From: Phoronis australis
Taxonomy: Eukaryota; Animalia; Phoronida
Assembly (NCBI GenBank): GCA_002633005.1
Contig: NMRA01000743.1
Span: forward strand, 62,001-126,000
DNA length: 64,000 nt
Direction of reading: 5' to 3'
This document shows, piece by piece, positions 40,201 through 55,200 of this stretch. Each line of letters opens with the position of its first letter. The stretch's first letter is position 1. The notes below the pieces were generated by a model. That model had not been told where the DNA came from and did no database searches. It worked only from the letters and a program-made list of their open reading frames with translations. A program made the translations under genes and the position numbers.

Positions 40201-43200
40201 TTATTTTCAACTGACAGTTGAAAGCTCTCATCTTTACTTATGACTTAATGTAAAAAATCTTCAGTTTGGGATACAATAAAGTAGTAAAGGGAATTATTTG
40301 ATTTTGTCAAGTTTCTCAAAAATAACTTTTGATCCAAGTTAACTCTTCTTTATGCTAGTGTGTGACAGGTGTCACTCAGAACATTTGGTAGAATTTTGAA
40401 CACTTGCAGCCACAAGCTGAGCCTCTCAGAACTAGGAAAGTGTCAATTTTTGCCACTGTTTTTGTCTCAGAATGAAGAATATTCACCGTAGTTCCCAATA
40501 GCCTTGCAAAACCTGACAAGTGTTTGGCTTAACTAGTGGTGGGAATCAGAATTTTTTCAGATTGAATAGGTTAATCGGTAAACCTTTCAGATTCGAGGCT
40601 CTATCCTGAATTTGTTTTGAATGACATTGCCACTGAGTATTGGCAAGGCTGTTTATTGTAATCGGTAGTATGAGACTTGATCAAATACATAGAGCTTCTT
40701 TTCCTCTGGTGATCAGCAGATGGTGCTGCCCTGTGCTACCGGATAAATTGGCGTGCGGCGAAGGTGACTTTATGCGTATTTTTAAAAATTGTTAGCAATA
40801 TCAGATGAACATTTACGTGCAGCACTGTCTTTGAATAAATTTCAATTTGATATTTTTTTAGCCGTGATGTCGGCAACAAGTTGTGAAATCGTTACACTAG
40901 ACTTAATAACCTCCACAGAATTTTCAAAAATTTCACTTTGAACGCCTTGTACATTAAGCGGTTTTATGACGGCTTGAGGCTAACGCTGCATTGTTTGTGT
41001 TGCTCAGTTTGACAATCTAATCATTGACCCTGACCAGATAACAGTATAGTTTATAGGACATAGCACAAAAAGGCAAATTAAGCCCATGCTTAATATAAAC
41101 TTGACCTCAACTGAATTTAGTCAAAGTTATTTACATAATGTTGGTGAAACTAGTTTTTGAGTGAGTTGACTCTAAGCCTTAATACAAAATAAGAATTTCT
41201 AAAATCACAAAATGTTCATAATGTTGGTAACATTTTCCATGAATGTACTAGTAAACAAAGGAAGCCAGATCCTCTTAAAAGTAGGCAAAAAGAAATAAGC
41301 ACAGATTATATCTTAAAGTGCCATTTGATTGTTGCATCATTTGTCAAGAATAATACTTCTGAATTAATGTTATGTAGACTAATTGTGATACCAATCTTAT
41401 GTTACCAACTTGAAATAGTTACACTAAGTGCTCAGTGTTAACAAACTGATCAAGCTTATTTAATGATGATTCAGGCCTTGTACATAATGTGTGCCAGTAA
41501 TATGGAAAAATAAAAATATTTGCCGAAATTGATCATGGTTCCTAACATTGCTGTGAATGCCTGCAAGTCTTCAACCTTTTATCTGATGTTAACTGTGGTA
41601 TAGAACCAACATGTTGTAGGAAAAAATCATGAAATATAATTTCACTTGCCTATCATATTATTCCCTGAATTGATGAGGTTTTACACTACTCAGTTGTTTG
41701 CTATTCGTCTAGGCTGACTGCGTTTGTCGTCAAATCATTCAGTCGGGCTCACATGTTCATCTATATCGACGACAAGATTTTATCTAAGGCAGTGAAGTGG
41801 CTGCTAACTCAGCAGACAAGTGATGGTTCATTCATGGAGCCCGGACGTGTCATTCACTCGGAGATGCAGGTCAGGAGACACTATCAACACTGTTACTGCC
41901 GTCCACTTTACGCATGCTTTAATCGGATATAAGCCCACGTTCCATCCAATGAGCGAACTTAAATTGACCACCTACGGCTCAGAAATTGGTTTCAACTGGT
42001 TCCTTGGATTTATGGGCTTGCAATGGATTGTCAGTTTGCTTTTCCTTTAGACCATGCTTGCCTTGTAAAATTACACACGATGAGGAGTCAACTTGTGCAG
42101 CCCATTCTCTAGTAATAACGAACTATCGGTTCTTTTGAAGTGCTATAATCACTTCTAATTTGACTAGGAAACAGTTTGTGATTGATTTCATACCTTAGTT
42201 ACAGAAATGGTTTCAATCAAAACTTGTTTTCTGGTGATGTAGGGTGTGTTTATATCTGCTATAACTGGGATATCAGGACAATCTTTTCCTGAAGCCCACC
42301 GAGCTGGACTAAAGTTTCCTTGCCTCAATAGCCTCCAGTACAACATTCAGTTGGTAACTTTAGGTCAGGTTGCATTCAGATGCTATGCTTTATGCACTAT
42401 TCTCCATAACGCCAATATAATTTGTCTTTTAAATATTCCATTTTTGCATGAGGGCCATCTCGAATAGGACTTTAATGATTTTTCTGAAAAATCTCAAAGG
42501 TTACATAAAAGAATTTCAGAAAATATAAATTATAATTCACAGTAATTTCTATAGTGTTGTAGATACTTGGCTAAATGCATAGACATGTTGATAAGGGTTC
42601 CACGTAGCTTTAAGCTGTACATAGAATGAACAGTAGGCCACATGTCTCAAAATATTGCTTACCAAGACAGGGGCCCATTTCTGTTGCTACTACAAACAGT
42701 CATAGCATCGAGTAAAAGTGCTTCAGAAAATCAGAAAAAGAAGTTAGTCTGATCAGCTATTTCTGAGATACGGTGGCGAAGTTGGCCAAATTTTGGCATT
42801 TTCCTAAGGTCCTACATATTTTAATCTTATGTTTAAGGTTCCGTCTCTAATTTTTTCTAGGTCCAGCCCAATACGAGTTTCACACTGCTATATCACAAGA
42901 CTTGTTCTACTTTTCCAGGGAGGCTCAGCATCTAATAACCTGTCTCTTACTGCCTTTGTGTTGATTGGATTGGTCGAGTCCAAGGCTGCCAATGTCACGG
43001 TAATGTTTGTGCGCTGTTGTGAAGTGTGCAGATTTCTTGATGGTTCTCTATCACAGAAACCTTAGTGAACCACTGTTGGAACAAGTTTATGACTCTTTGA
43101 TGTTTTTCAATCTGATGTTGTAGTATGCCGTGATGCACTGAGCTTCTCTAAAGAAACCGCAGTCCTGCCGTTGATTCAACTTTTTAAATTCTGGGGACTC

Positions 43201-46200
43201 AGGGAACTTAATTCAAGACATTTCTATCAGATGTATTTTGCAGAAAAAATCTGTCCAAAATTACAAAGCTGACCTCATAAACTGGACGGACATTCAAGCT
43301 GGTTTCATCTAGTCTCCGAATTTGCCGCACAAGGCGAAAATGGTTTCTGTGCACAACCTGATTTTGTTTGAGATATTCTTTGCCCATTTAGGACACCAAT
43401 GACATTTTAAGTTGAAGTTAAATTTTTCAATAAAAATAGTGATTAAACATTTAATTTACCGCTAGCTTGGTTTGTACTGCGTTGATGTCAGTCAAGGTTT
43501 ATGGTTGAGTTTCCATTATCTGTAGCAAAGTAACCAGAATGTAGAAATGGCAACTTGGTGGTTGTGTGCAAAGCAAGTAAAGAATGGCCATGAACTGTAA
43601 TAAAAGTTAAAAAAGTTTGCATGTGATAGTACCCTTTTAAAAAGTCTGTTATGAAAGTGGCACTGACTTAACTGTTATAGAGTGATTTAGTTGCTATCAA
43701 AAAATTCAATTACTGTATCAGTGCAAAACATGAACCCACAGTAATCAGAGCAGTGAAATGAAAACAAAGCTATGTTTATCCTAAATCAAGTAAATTTCGT
43801 CCACAGGTTGACATGGACCTGGCTGTTCAAAAGGCCGTTAGTTATCTGCAAAGTAAAATCGACATGCTGAGTGACGTGTATGCCGTTTCCTTGGTAACCT
43901 ACGCTCTTCACCTAGCCAATGTTGCTGGTGGCCAAGACCAGAGGAACCAAGCGTTCACTAAGCTTAGCAACATGGCAACTAGAGAGGGTAAGATTATTGT
44001 CGGAGTAACTTGCTTACTTTCTTAACGCAATTCCTCAGCCCTAATTCTACGCTCTTCTTCTGTAGAGGTAGAAAAACGCACTGTATGAGTGACATAGATT
44101 CAACACTTCGGCCATGAGCCAAGTGAAGAATGATTTTGTATATCTGTGTTGCTACTCAGTGAGCAACACTGAAGCGTTAATGGCATGGGAATACAGTGAT
44201 TACCTTAAGTTTAAATTACCTCAGCAGCAGAGTACAACTGTAGGACAAGTGACCTATGGATCAGCATTGTGAGTAAATACCTAAGAATCAGAGAGGTCAC
44301 TCTGGTATTCTGGGAGGTGGCTTTGAAGTTGTGTTACCCTGATTTTTATGTGCACAGCCAGACATTTATATGTGGGTGCAAAGGCGTCCGGTGTCCGGGC
44401 GTGTGGCGTCCGCTGCTGTATCTCCTAAATCACTTGCAGGGTCTTATTGAAATTTGGCAATTGTGTTTTTATTAGGCTGATGGCAGACGGCGTTTAGTTT
44501 CGGTTATGGTCTGGCCTTTCAGAGTGTACTTGTCAACGCGACTGTGGTATCACAGTATCTTTCCCGCACAGATCTTCTCCCTCAACAGGAATCCAAATTT
44601 TCTGTATATTATGTGAAAACCGCGAATCGAAAAACTTGACCTTAGTTAGAAGCACGTGGCCAAGAAGCGTTCGCTACATACAAGTACCTGTCATCCATTC
44701 ATGAAAGGGGTAGCATAGCATCGGCGAGAAATCAATACTGGCACTTATTTCCGAAAGTTTCTACTAATCATAAAAACGTTTGCGTTACTTTTATGAGGAA
44801 TTACTAAATTAATCGTAATTGGAGTTTTTAAAGTCAAAATGACAAACTGATAGTGAAAACTTCCGCTCCCTTAAACCCCTGAATCTCCCGATCGTTACAT
44901 CGCGTTCACTCTGGCAAATGAACTCTGATGACACGCACGCACTCATTCACTCACATACGCAGAGGAACTTCAAATAAACATCACGTGACAACAACATGTG
45001 TGTTTGTCGAGAGATTTTCTCGACTTGCAGAGTACGATCTAGCACAGATATGGACTTAATATGGAATAAATTCCGACTCCACGGGAACTTAAAAATGTTA
45101 GGGACGCTATTTTGAAAACTTAAGGAGGAGTTCAGGTATTTAGTTGAGTCGAAACTATATTTTTACTCATGAATTCATGTTAACCTATTGGCGATCGCNG
45201 CGTCACTTTTATGAGGAATTACTAAATTAATCGTAATTGGAGTTTTTAAAGTCAAAATGCCAAACTGATAGTGAAAACTTCCGCTCCCTTAAACCCCTGA
45301 ATCTCCCGATCGTTACATCGCATTCACTCTGGCAAATGAACTCTGATGACACGCACGCACTCATTCACTCACATACGCAGAGGAACTTCAAATAAACATC
45401 ACGTGACAACAACATGTGTGTTTGTCGAGAGATTTTCTCGACTTGCAGAGTACGATCTAGCACAGATATGGACTTAATATGGAATAAATTCCGACTCCAC
45501 GGGAACTTAAAAATGTTAGGGACGCTATTTTGAAAACTTAAGGAGGAGTTCAGGTATTTAGTTGAGTCGAAACTATATTTTTACTCATGAATTCATGTTA
45601 ACCTATTGGCGATCGCGAGGCAGCGACTCATCAGTCGGCGGGTTTTCGCACTGGGATTTTCTGAAAAATGCTCGTGATTTAACAACAAATTTTGTTAGCA
45701 ATGCACTGCAATTTTGTAGAAACTCTGTCATAGGTTACAGAAGCGTAAATTTTATAAATTCTACCTTACGATTTCACCTGTTTCGGAGACCGGGTTTCAA
45801 CCACTTTGGGCTATAATAAGCGCCTCCTCCCTCTTCCAGAAGCAAATTTTTCTAAGTGCCGTGGGCACTTATTTGGGTGAATAGGGCAGTTGCTTGACAA
45901 AATAAATGTTTGAAAAACTAATTCAGGTGTGTTTTTTGTGTTTGGGAATGTTTATTTTCGATACTCCGTGACTCAATGAATTGTCAACGTACAGTAAGGT
46001 CTAGAGCGGCTGTCTTATCTCGAACGCCCGCGCTGCTAACTTGCCGTTGCATGAAACACTCTATGTAATGAAGATAAGAATTGGAGGTAAACGGACATGA
46101 GCCAGTCGTCAATCAAAAGTTACCGCAACAGCAGTACTCAAGAACAAGTATTTGGCAAGCTTAAAATTTTATGTAAAAAAAAACTAATGACTTTGACTGG

Positions 46201-49200
46201 GAGTGAGTCTAGTGAGCCCGTACAATGAGAGTCTGGGGAAAAATGGTTCGTACAGAGAGTCTAGATATGGTATCAGAGGTGAAAACTGTCTGTAAAACAT
46301 TTAAATACCGTGACTTACAGGTGTAACTCAATCTCCCATTAGGGTACTTTGCTATGGAACTCATTGCCATCGGCTATGAGACAATGTACTACCTTCAAAT
46401 GAATTTGCCACACGTGCTGATTTTTTCTCTGTGAACTGCTGTTGTGAGAACTGCTACAAATGTCTACACACCCCGTTACATGTACATGTACTTTTTTATT
46501 TAAATTTATTTTAAAGTTCTGTATATTTTCTTTACCGTACACTTAGCTTGTATTTTAAGTTTTTGTAGTTTGCGTTTGTAGATTTAAAAAAATTGTAAGA
46601 TAATAGCACTAAGTGCTTATGTTTCATTGTTAAACCTCACCGACTTTTAAATAAAGATTATTTCTACTGTAACGATTGCAAATATGAGCCGAGACTTTGG
46701 TCATCTTGTATCGTAACACTGCGACTTGGAATTTCCCACGTAAGCGAGCCTAGTTTTTGGCCTAACAAACATATCGTGCGAATGCGGCCGTTATTTGGTT
46801 GTTGCCAAATCAAGATGAACGCAAACAAAGACAGCCCTCTTCAAGGAGTTGTAAACATGTCGCGGGATAATTCAGAAACGATCTTTGACGCGTTTTGTTG
46901 ACTAGTGTTAGGCTTAGCAGCTAGGATAAGGGTTAAGGATGTTTGCATAATATTAAGTTTTTGACATCTGTCTCTCTAGCTGCCAAGTCACTCAAAGGTT
47001 CAGTTTGAAAATTGGTTGTAATGTGTTCCTGATGCGAAAACCCCGGCTGGTGTTGATTAATTTTTCAGATGTTTTAGATTATTCTGGCGCTCTCTTGGGT
47101 CAATTTTGCATTTTTCACATCTATGCCTGTATCTCAACCGTTTAAAAATCTTTTGGAATTTGGAGATGAGCTCCTGTAGAGAATGGCAAAGCTAGCTAGG
47201 TGACGATGAGTTTCAGACCAATCAGACAAATGCTGTGCGTGCATGATTTCAGTTGTTTTTTTAAGTTTACCGCTATATCTTAGGAGTCCTTGGCTTATTT
47301 TCATGAATTTTAGAAAATACCGTAAACTTTTGGGTTAACGCCCATGCTCAGTTAACCGCCCACCCCCTACTTTAGGTGGATTTTCAATTTAACTGCCCAC
47401 TGCTCGGTTAACCGCCCCTCTGCATTTTTCAAGATTTTCAGTTAAGTGCCCACCTCTCGGTTACAGATGATGATCACAATGAGCGCAACGGCCATCCTAA
47501 GTAATTTTGTTTGTACATTGGCCAGTTTCAGCCTGAACGAAATTCTTACCATTCGAGCCTGAAATATCTACGACCCAGACTGACAGAAAATTGGCGATAT
47601 TTGGTAACCGGGAGGTGCACGCAGCTAGCTATGGGAATGGCACACTCGGGCCTAGGGAACATGGAGCCGGAAAATATCGAAGTAGACTTGACATCGCAGT
47701 TTTGGGGGACATTGGAACGGAGGATTACCGTAAAGCACCGAGTCTTTCCTAACAAAAGCTTAAAAGTACAGCGTCACACCGGTTTCATTTACTTAGGACT
47801 GTTGCTGTTCTCTTTTGATGTGTGACTTTGTAGTGGTGCACGTGCGTAAGTTCCCACACTGAGTGCGTGTTACCTTGACACCAACATGTGATTGACAGGT
47901 TACTCATACGTAGGTCCTACGTGCGTGCTGAATCCCGTCGCTATCTTTGGCCATTAAAAACGAGACGCATATTGAAAGAAGCCGTTATATTACTCGACAG
48001 CCTTTCCAAATAAAGATTGCCTGCCAGGACATTGCGTGTAAACTGCGGGACCGACCAGTGCCGCAGTGCGATAGTGTAGGTGATATTGTAATAGGACATA
48101 ATCTGGACATCTTGCATGTAAAATAAGTGTGTTTTCCACCACAAAGTTGGGTAAGGTGGTCGTTTAAGATGAATTGAAACATCGCTGTTTTGTGACGTTT
48201 TGTCACATATTTATGACGTGGTTCGAAATTTTCTTTTTATTTGAGTACTGGATCGTGTCCACTTACCCCTCCCCCCCGATTCTTGTCGTAGTTGTTTGCG
48301 CAATGGGAAGTGAAAATGCTATTGAGTCACGAAGTGTTGACTATAAACATCCCAAACACAAACTGAATTAGTTTTTCAATCTTTATTACAACTAATTTTA
48401 ATAATGCTCTCTGACTCAGAACTTGACAGCTACCACCGGACTATAACCTCAGCTGTGACCTCTGCAACACGTGAAGCTTGCACGTGCGCACTTCTGCGGT
48501 GTTACCGCTTGCAATCCAAGTGGAGCGCTGCATGGTCACTGGTCATCCGCGCACTACAGTTCTAACAAACTAACAATACCGCAGGATGGCACGGGTGTAT
48601 TACTCAGCAATTTTGTAATTTTATTGTGAATAACTAATCTGAGGGCAACAGAACCTTTGTTGGGATCATCCGCTGTAAGGTAAGATTAACCGCCCAGGGC
48701 AGATGTTTGTCATAATAAGCGCCCATGTTCGGTTAACCGCCCACCTTGGATTTCTTTCAGCGGCAAATTGAAACTGTGCCATACCTCCTTAAGATGGCTT
48801 GCAGACAAATAATAATGCAAAATGTTCGTGACCCATGTCCTAATTGTAATTCCTAAACAATTTTAAAGGTGGTGTAATCTACTGGGATATTGCTGATGTG
48901 ATCAAACCCAAGACTAACAGGTATCGGCATCAAGCCAAGTCAAGCTCAGTTGAGACGACAGCCTACGGTTTAATGACCTACATTCTGAGGGATGAGAGTG
49001 ATGTTGTCAGGATTGGCAAGTGGATGACAAAACAAAGCAATGGCCGTGGTGGATTCGTGTCTACTCAGGTTGGTTTATCTCTGAGGGAGCTAAGATACAT
49101 TGCTGTTCTGTTCAACTAGAAACTATTGGTCTCAGTAATCTCCACCTATTATGGACTTGTTACAAATAGTCCATGTCATGAGATATGAACCACTGTTTTT

Positions 49201-52200
49201 TGGCACTTGAAATCAATTTTTGAATTCCCTTCACCCTTCCCTGGAGTGAAATAATTTAATTTTGTGTCATATGTGACTGCGGTAACGTTTCCTCAAATTC
49301 AACCAAAAATAACGGCCAAAATTGTCTTTTTTCATTTTTCAAACACTTACAGTATTGCCAAAGGTGTTCAGAATTTTATTGTGTGTTTGCTGATGACAGC
49401 CGCTCTATATAAAGTTTACAAAATTTATAATAAAGTCACATTGTCTTCTCGTTCATTCTTGTTGAAAATTTTGAGCAAATAAAATTTCTGCATTGCACCA
49501 TATTGTGTTCTAATTTGAAGAAACTTTACAGTACTATAACTGTGTTAAATATGACTCCAAAATGTTACAATCTGGGTACAAATTTAAAGTATTAAGTTGG
49601 TGTTGAAAAATACTATAGATGCGTTTTCAGAAAACACTGATTTTCATCGTAAATAGAGGACATTTAACAAATTTAATATATCATGCACCTTCGCACATCC
49701 CAGGGAACCAGGAAAAACCCACAAGGCCAGTAGTAATGTGGGTGCTCAATAGAAATCACTATTGAGATGGTTATTTTGAAAAATGTTCAATTTCATAGTT
49801 GTGATAAATTTCCTTTCAGAAAATCTCCCAGGAGCTACACTAGTCTTTGTTTATGTCATGGAATTTAGCTTGATATAAAAGGAGTTTATAAAATGTTGGT
49901 CTCATTTAGTTTGACATCAGCACAGCTAAGCTAAGATTTTGGTATTTATCCAAGGATGGACAGAATTCCAAAATGTACAAACAAGCTTACACAATAAATA
50001 CAAATGTACAATGAATTCTATTATTAAACAAAAAAATTATTTGTACACAATATTCTGAAACCACTTGAGTAGTTTCACAAGTAAATCCATGGCGCAATGT
50101 ACACCTTTTCCACCACTCTCTGTAAGGTGCGATGTTTAAGGAGTTAGCTTTCCAGTTACTCTGTTTGTTTGACCACGTGCAAATTAAGCTGTTAAGTTTT
50201 CAATTTCAAATCAATTTTGAATTAAAATTGGAGCGAGGGTAAACTCAGTTTTTTAAGTTATTTGTCGAATTGCAATTTGAAGCCAAAAAAGAGCTGCATG
50301 TTGCACAAAAACATTTACTACGAAATTCTTTGACCATTGCAATCAGATTGAAAACAATACCCCGCATCTGTAACGACTGTGATTCCAGGGTGAAATCGTT
50401 CCAGACTGTATCTCGCTGCTTTGATGTGGTCATTTTTGTTTATAAATGTTTTGCTGTACGTTAAAAGCTCATCAGTTTCGAACAAATGTAATCATCAGAC
50501 CTTATTCATTTTTCATAGGCTACTAACATTATTGTGAATACTCATAATGCATGGTTGATAGAAGCTTTGACTTGGAACATAAAAACAGTAAAGCATTTAT
50601 TTTGTGTTTCTAATTTTCACGAAAGAATGAAAGAATAAAATACTTACTTGTCCACCATGTCATGTCCTAAATTGGTGAGATTTAAAAAAATATTTTAATT
50701 GTTTTAAGTTTGCAAAAACTGTTGGGAGTAACTGAATACTAGGAAACAAATTTCATTTTAGTTTATGCCTTGTGACCTTATCAAGGGCAACAATCCATCT
50801 GTTTATTCTAGGACACCGTCATTGGTCTGCAAGCCATCTCTGAGCTTGCGCGTCACTTGACGTCATCGGGTACCTCGCTCCAGATCACGTTTTCCTATCG
50901 CGACAAGGATGGTGGCGAAATTACCCAGCTTAAGCCGGATGTGTTTAATTTGAACGCCAACAACAAACTGCTCCTACAGTCAAAGCAGGTATGCCTTTGT
51001 TGTGATAAGTTTTGTAATCTTTGGGTGCTTCCGTTTTAAAAGAAAAACTCGATTTTGCGTGTGAGCATTATCATAAATGTTGGGCTGAAATCTCTCAATT
51101 CACTTCAGATTTTCAGTCTCAATACTTCAATAGTTCTTGTGGTTTCAGTCACGTGACATGAATTGACCTGATTGCTAATCAATGGTAAACGTTTAGTTAA
51201 CATATCTGTTGTATTAAAAACATCTTACTGGAAGCATATTTCATCAAACTATATGAACTTCACAAAACATTTCTTATGCTTTTGAAAATACAACTTTGGT
51301 TACAGCAGTCTACCTAGAACGTGAAAGCAAGCCGACTCTGAATTTTGAGCTCTGAAAATGCACTGTTTTTAATTCTTGTCCTTCATATTGGCTTCGGTAG
51401 TTCTGTAAGACAGTATGCAAAAGATATTAAGGTTAATATGTAGGTCCCTAGAAAAAATCTCATTTTGGTCAACTTTGGAACATCGTATCTCAGAAATGGC
51501 TGATCAAATTCATATGAAACTTTCCAATGCTATTCTTTATACATTGTTCACAGAAACGCGGCTAGGAATTGTGTTAAAGTGTTCCACTTTTGTATGAGGC
51601 GATATAAAAATAGGAGTTATACGATTTTTATGAAAAAGATTTAAAGTTGCTTAGAACAAAAACAATACAGTAATTAAGAAGAACATTTATATCATACGAA
51701 ATTTGGTCATGTTATTGATCTTGTTGTGCTATGAATGAACCGTTCTTTTTGCTGAATTTTCCTAAAGAATCAAGGCCATGTGGCATAATTAGTGGCACGT
51801 TGGTATAAAATCGAAAGCAAATTCTACGGTATTTCTTTTTCTGAAAATATGTACTTTCGCGGAGTTAAATTCTTTAGGTTTGTATAGATATTTGGCTTAA
51901 TGTACAGATTGGTCAGTAAAGTCCTACGTTATAACCTTTATGGGCTTCTGCTGATGGGACCGACCACAGCAATTGAGATCGAAAACACGTATGATTGAGA
52001 CCTAGTTTTTAAGCAAACTTCTGAACGGAGTCAGACATCTTCAAATTTTCTGTGGTGCATCGTGACCGATCACTGAACTGGCTAAGAATGACAACTTGCA
52101 GGATAAATTATAATGCAAAATCGTTGGGAAAGCAGCAGTGTACAACCATGCGGCATTTCTTTGTACTCGAAATTGAACTTGAAATTATTTTTGACATTCT

Positions 52201-55200
52201 ATGTTCTACTTTTGGGCGAATTTAGGATGAGTGTCTAATAGTCTGTGCTCAAGTATGTTACAATTTGTGCTAACGAGTGTCAAGACCAAGTTTGCACTTG
52301 ATGACCCGTAGGTTTGAGCTGCAGACTCAAGTAAAAACACAAGATTTTGAGTAAAACCTCAAAACTTGGAGATCATACTCGTAACTAATTGCGTTAATGC
52401 TGAGGTCATCAAGTGCGGGCTAGGATTAGACAGTCATCCACATAAATCATAATGTGCTTGAACACAGAATAGCAGACACTTATTTTAAATTAGCACAAGA
52501 CTACGGAATCGAGTATGAGTGCGAAGATTACACTCCAGGCATTTGAAAATACCATCTCTAGTCTGGATTACTTATTTGAACTTTTGTGACGTTTGTAATA
52601 TGATGGTGGTGTTCATATGGTGTGTTCCCCACAGGCACCAACACAAGCCGCTAAAGTGATGGCTACTGCTAGTGGGAATGGACTAGCTATTGTTTCGGTT
52701 ATGAAGTGTTGGAATGAGCAGACCACAGAGTCAACAGCTATAGACAGCAAAGTGATGGTGAAGGATGATAATGATAACTCATACACGCTCAATGTTTGTG
52801 TGTAAGTGGTCTTTTCAGGTCAGGTCATTTATTCAGTTGTTTAAAACCTTGACTTTTGGTTTCTGGGTGATTTGGTTCAGGTTGAGGGTTTATGATCCCA
52901 AAACAAATCAGGACATGATTGTGTTTTTAATTAATTGAAAATATTGTGTTATTGAAGCCGGAGACCACATGAGCATTACGGGCTGGGCTATTCAGAATTC
53001 ATATATAGGGGTAATAAAACAATTATCATAAACCCTTTGTTAAGCTTACACAGGACAACCTAAACAGTTGCGTGACTAAGAGCAGGGTTCACAAAGAACT
53101 GCATTCACTGATCTTGCATGTCAGTTTCGAAAGTCCTATTGTTTGTGAACGACACCCATGATGTACAATTATTGCAGCCGTAGATAACCCTCTACCTGAA
53201 CACTAGACCTTGTGAAAAAACAATGTAGCTGCCTCTGTTGTTGACAAAGCCGTTATCAGCATCAAAATTCAGTTACAATTGGTGTTTGAACTTTAAAAAT
53301 CCAGCGTCAGTTACTAAATAATATATTTGTAGAAATGCATGCTTTTTATTTTTTTGTCTCGGTACATCTCGTATTCTTTTGCGATTATAGGAAAAATGAT
53401 TTGCCTTGCTCTCACAACAACAGTTATGAAGAAATGGAATTTAGAGTACGAAAGCAAGTCACTTATTACGATCACAATCAATTTTGTTTCATAAATACAG
53501 CAAGCTTTAAACATGGAAAGATTTTGTTCATGGCATAATAACGATTGTGTGTGATTAATCCCAGGCAGTATGCCCATTGCACTTGCTGTGTGTTAAACCA
53601 CACTTCATTCAATTTAAGATAAGAGAACTCACAAAATAGTCTCTCATGAGTATTCGTGGTTAAAGTATACAGTGGCTTGGGACTTGTGGAATTGAACGGC
53701 ATCGGGAACTGAACTTTATATTACGTAGCTGGTACATTGTGGTGCATTTCAACTGTACTCCATCTAGTTTCAGTAAACATTATTATCATTATCATTATCA
53801 GACATAGACTGGCAGCCAGTAGTCCCACGTGAACCAGCTGGCAGTGATACATTGCCTTCAGCACATCATTGGGTGACCTGTTTTAGGTCAAATTATTCAA
53901 CGACATTTCAACCCAAACCTATGGTTCTAAGCATGTTCACAGTTCATTCCAAGCCTTAGAAATCACTTCTAACCTTGGTTAGGGAATCAACTGCTGTCAT
54001 AAGTGATAGTTGACATGGAAAATTGCAGTTTTGAATTATTTCAGGCCTGCATAGCTTTCTTGTGCAGTGGGTGTACCTCACTGTGCACGGGATACAAGCA
54101 TTGAAGTTGTGCATTGAATAGAAAAGTGACACCACAGTTGTTGTTCAGTCCTAGGATTTTAATTTTTTTACTTTAATAGTAAATACACTGAGTTGACTTA
54201 ATTGTTTGTTTTGTTGTTGATCCAGGAAATCCCAAATTAGTACTGGCACTGGAATGGCTATTTCTGAAATAGAGCCTGTGACTGGGTTTTCCCCTGATTC
54301 TGAGAAACTGAAGAATATGAAGAAAATAGACTTGGTCAAGCGCATTGAAGAAGACAATGGCAAGGTCGTGGTATATTATGATGAGGTAAGCAGTGGACAT
54401 ATACTTTTGTGGGAACATTTTGCTGTCATCTCTGTGTGAGCATCTGGTGTCTGCTGCTGTATCTCCTAAACCCCTTACAGGATCGCAATGAGATTTGGCA
54501 GATGTGTTCCTGCGAAGACGACGACAGATGATCTTGGCTGAAGTTGATTTTGGGAGGTGCCTGACTACTGTGGCCCCAACCTAGTGGATAAATTTGGTAA
54601 AAAGCCGATGGCGCTTTCCCATTTTTTGACGAATTTGACGTGTTCTGCACCACCTAGTGGCCGTTTCACAGCCCGCATATTTAGTGAAGGATTTCAATGA
54701 AAGTTGACACAAAGGTGTGTTAGGACAATGCGGACGGATTCAGCCACCGTAGTACCTACTAGTGGCCATTTAGTTTTTGACATGAGGCTTTTCAAATGTT
54801 GTGTGGGGGAAGAGCATTTCTGGATAATATCTAAAGAACTGATAATAGATTGAACTTGACACAGAGGAATATTATGCAATTGGTCCAGCATCATTAAATG
54901 TTTGGGTGGATTTGACGCAGCAGTACTTCCTAGTGGCCATTTTGTTTTCTTCAAGGGGGCTTTTCAAGTGTTGTTTGGGGGAAGAGTGTTTCTGGATGAT
55001 ATCAAGAGAACCGAATGATGGATTTTGATAAACCTTGACACAGAGGTATACGATATCAATGCGCTGGTACCATTTGATTTTCGGTTGGATTCGACTACTG
55101 CAGCACCTCCTAGTGGCTATTTTATAGGGAAGAGCGTTTCTGAGGATATATTTTGAATCNTTCTATGCTCTACTTTTGGGCGAATTTAGGATGAGTGTCT

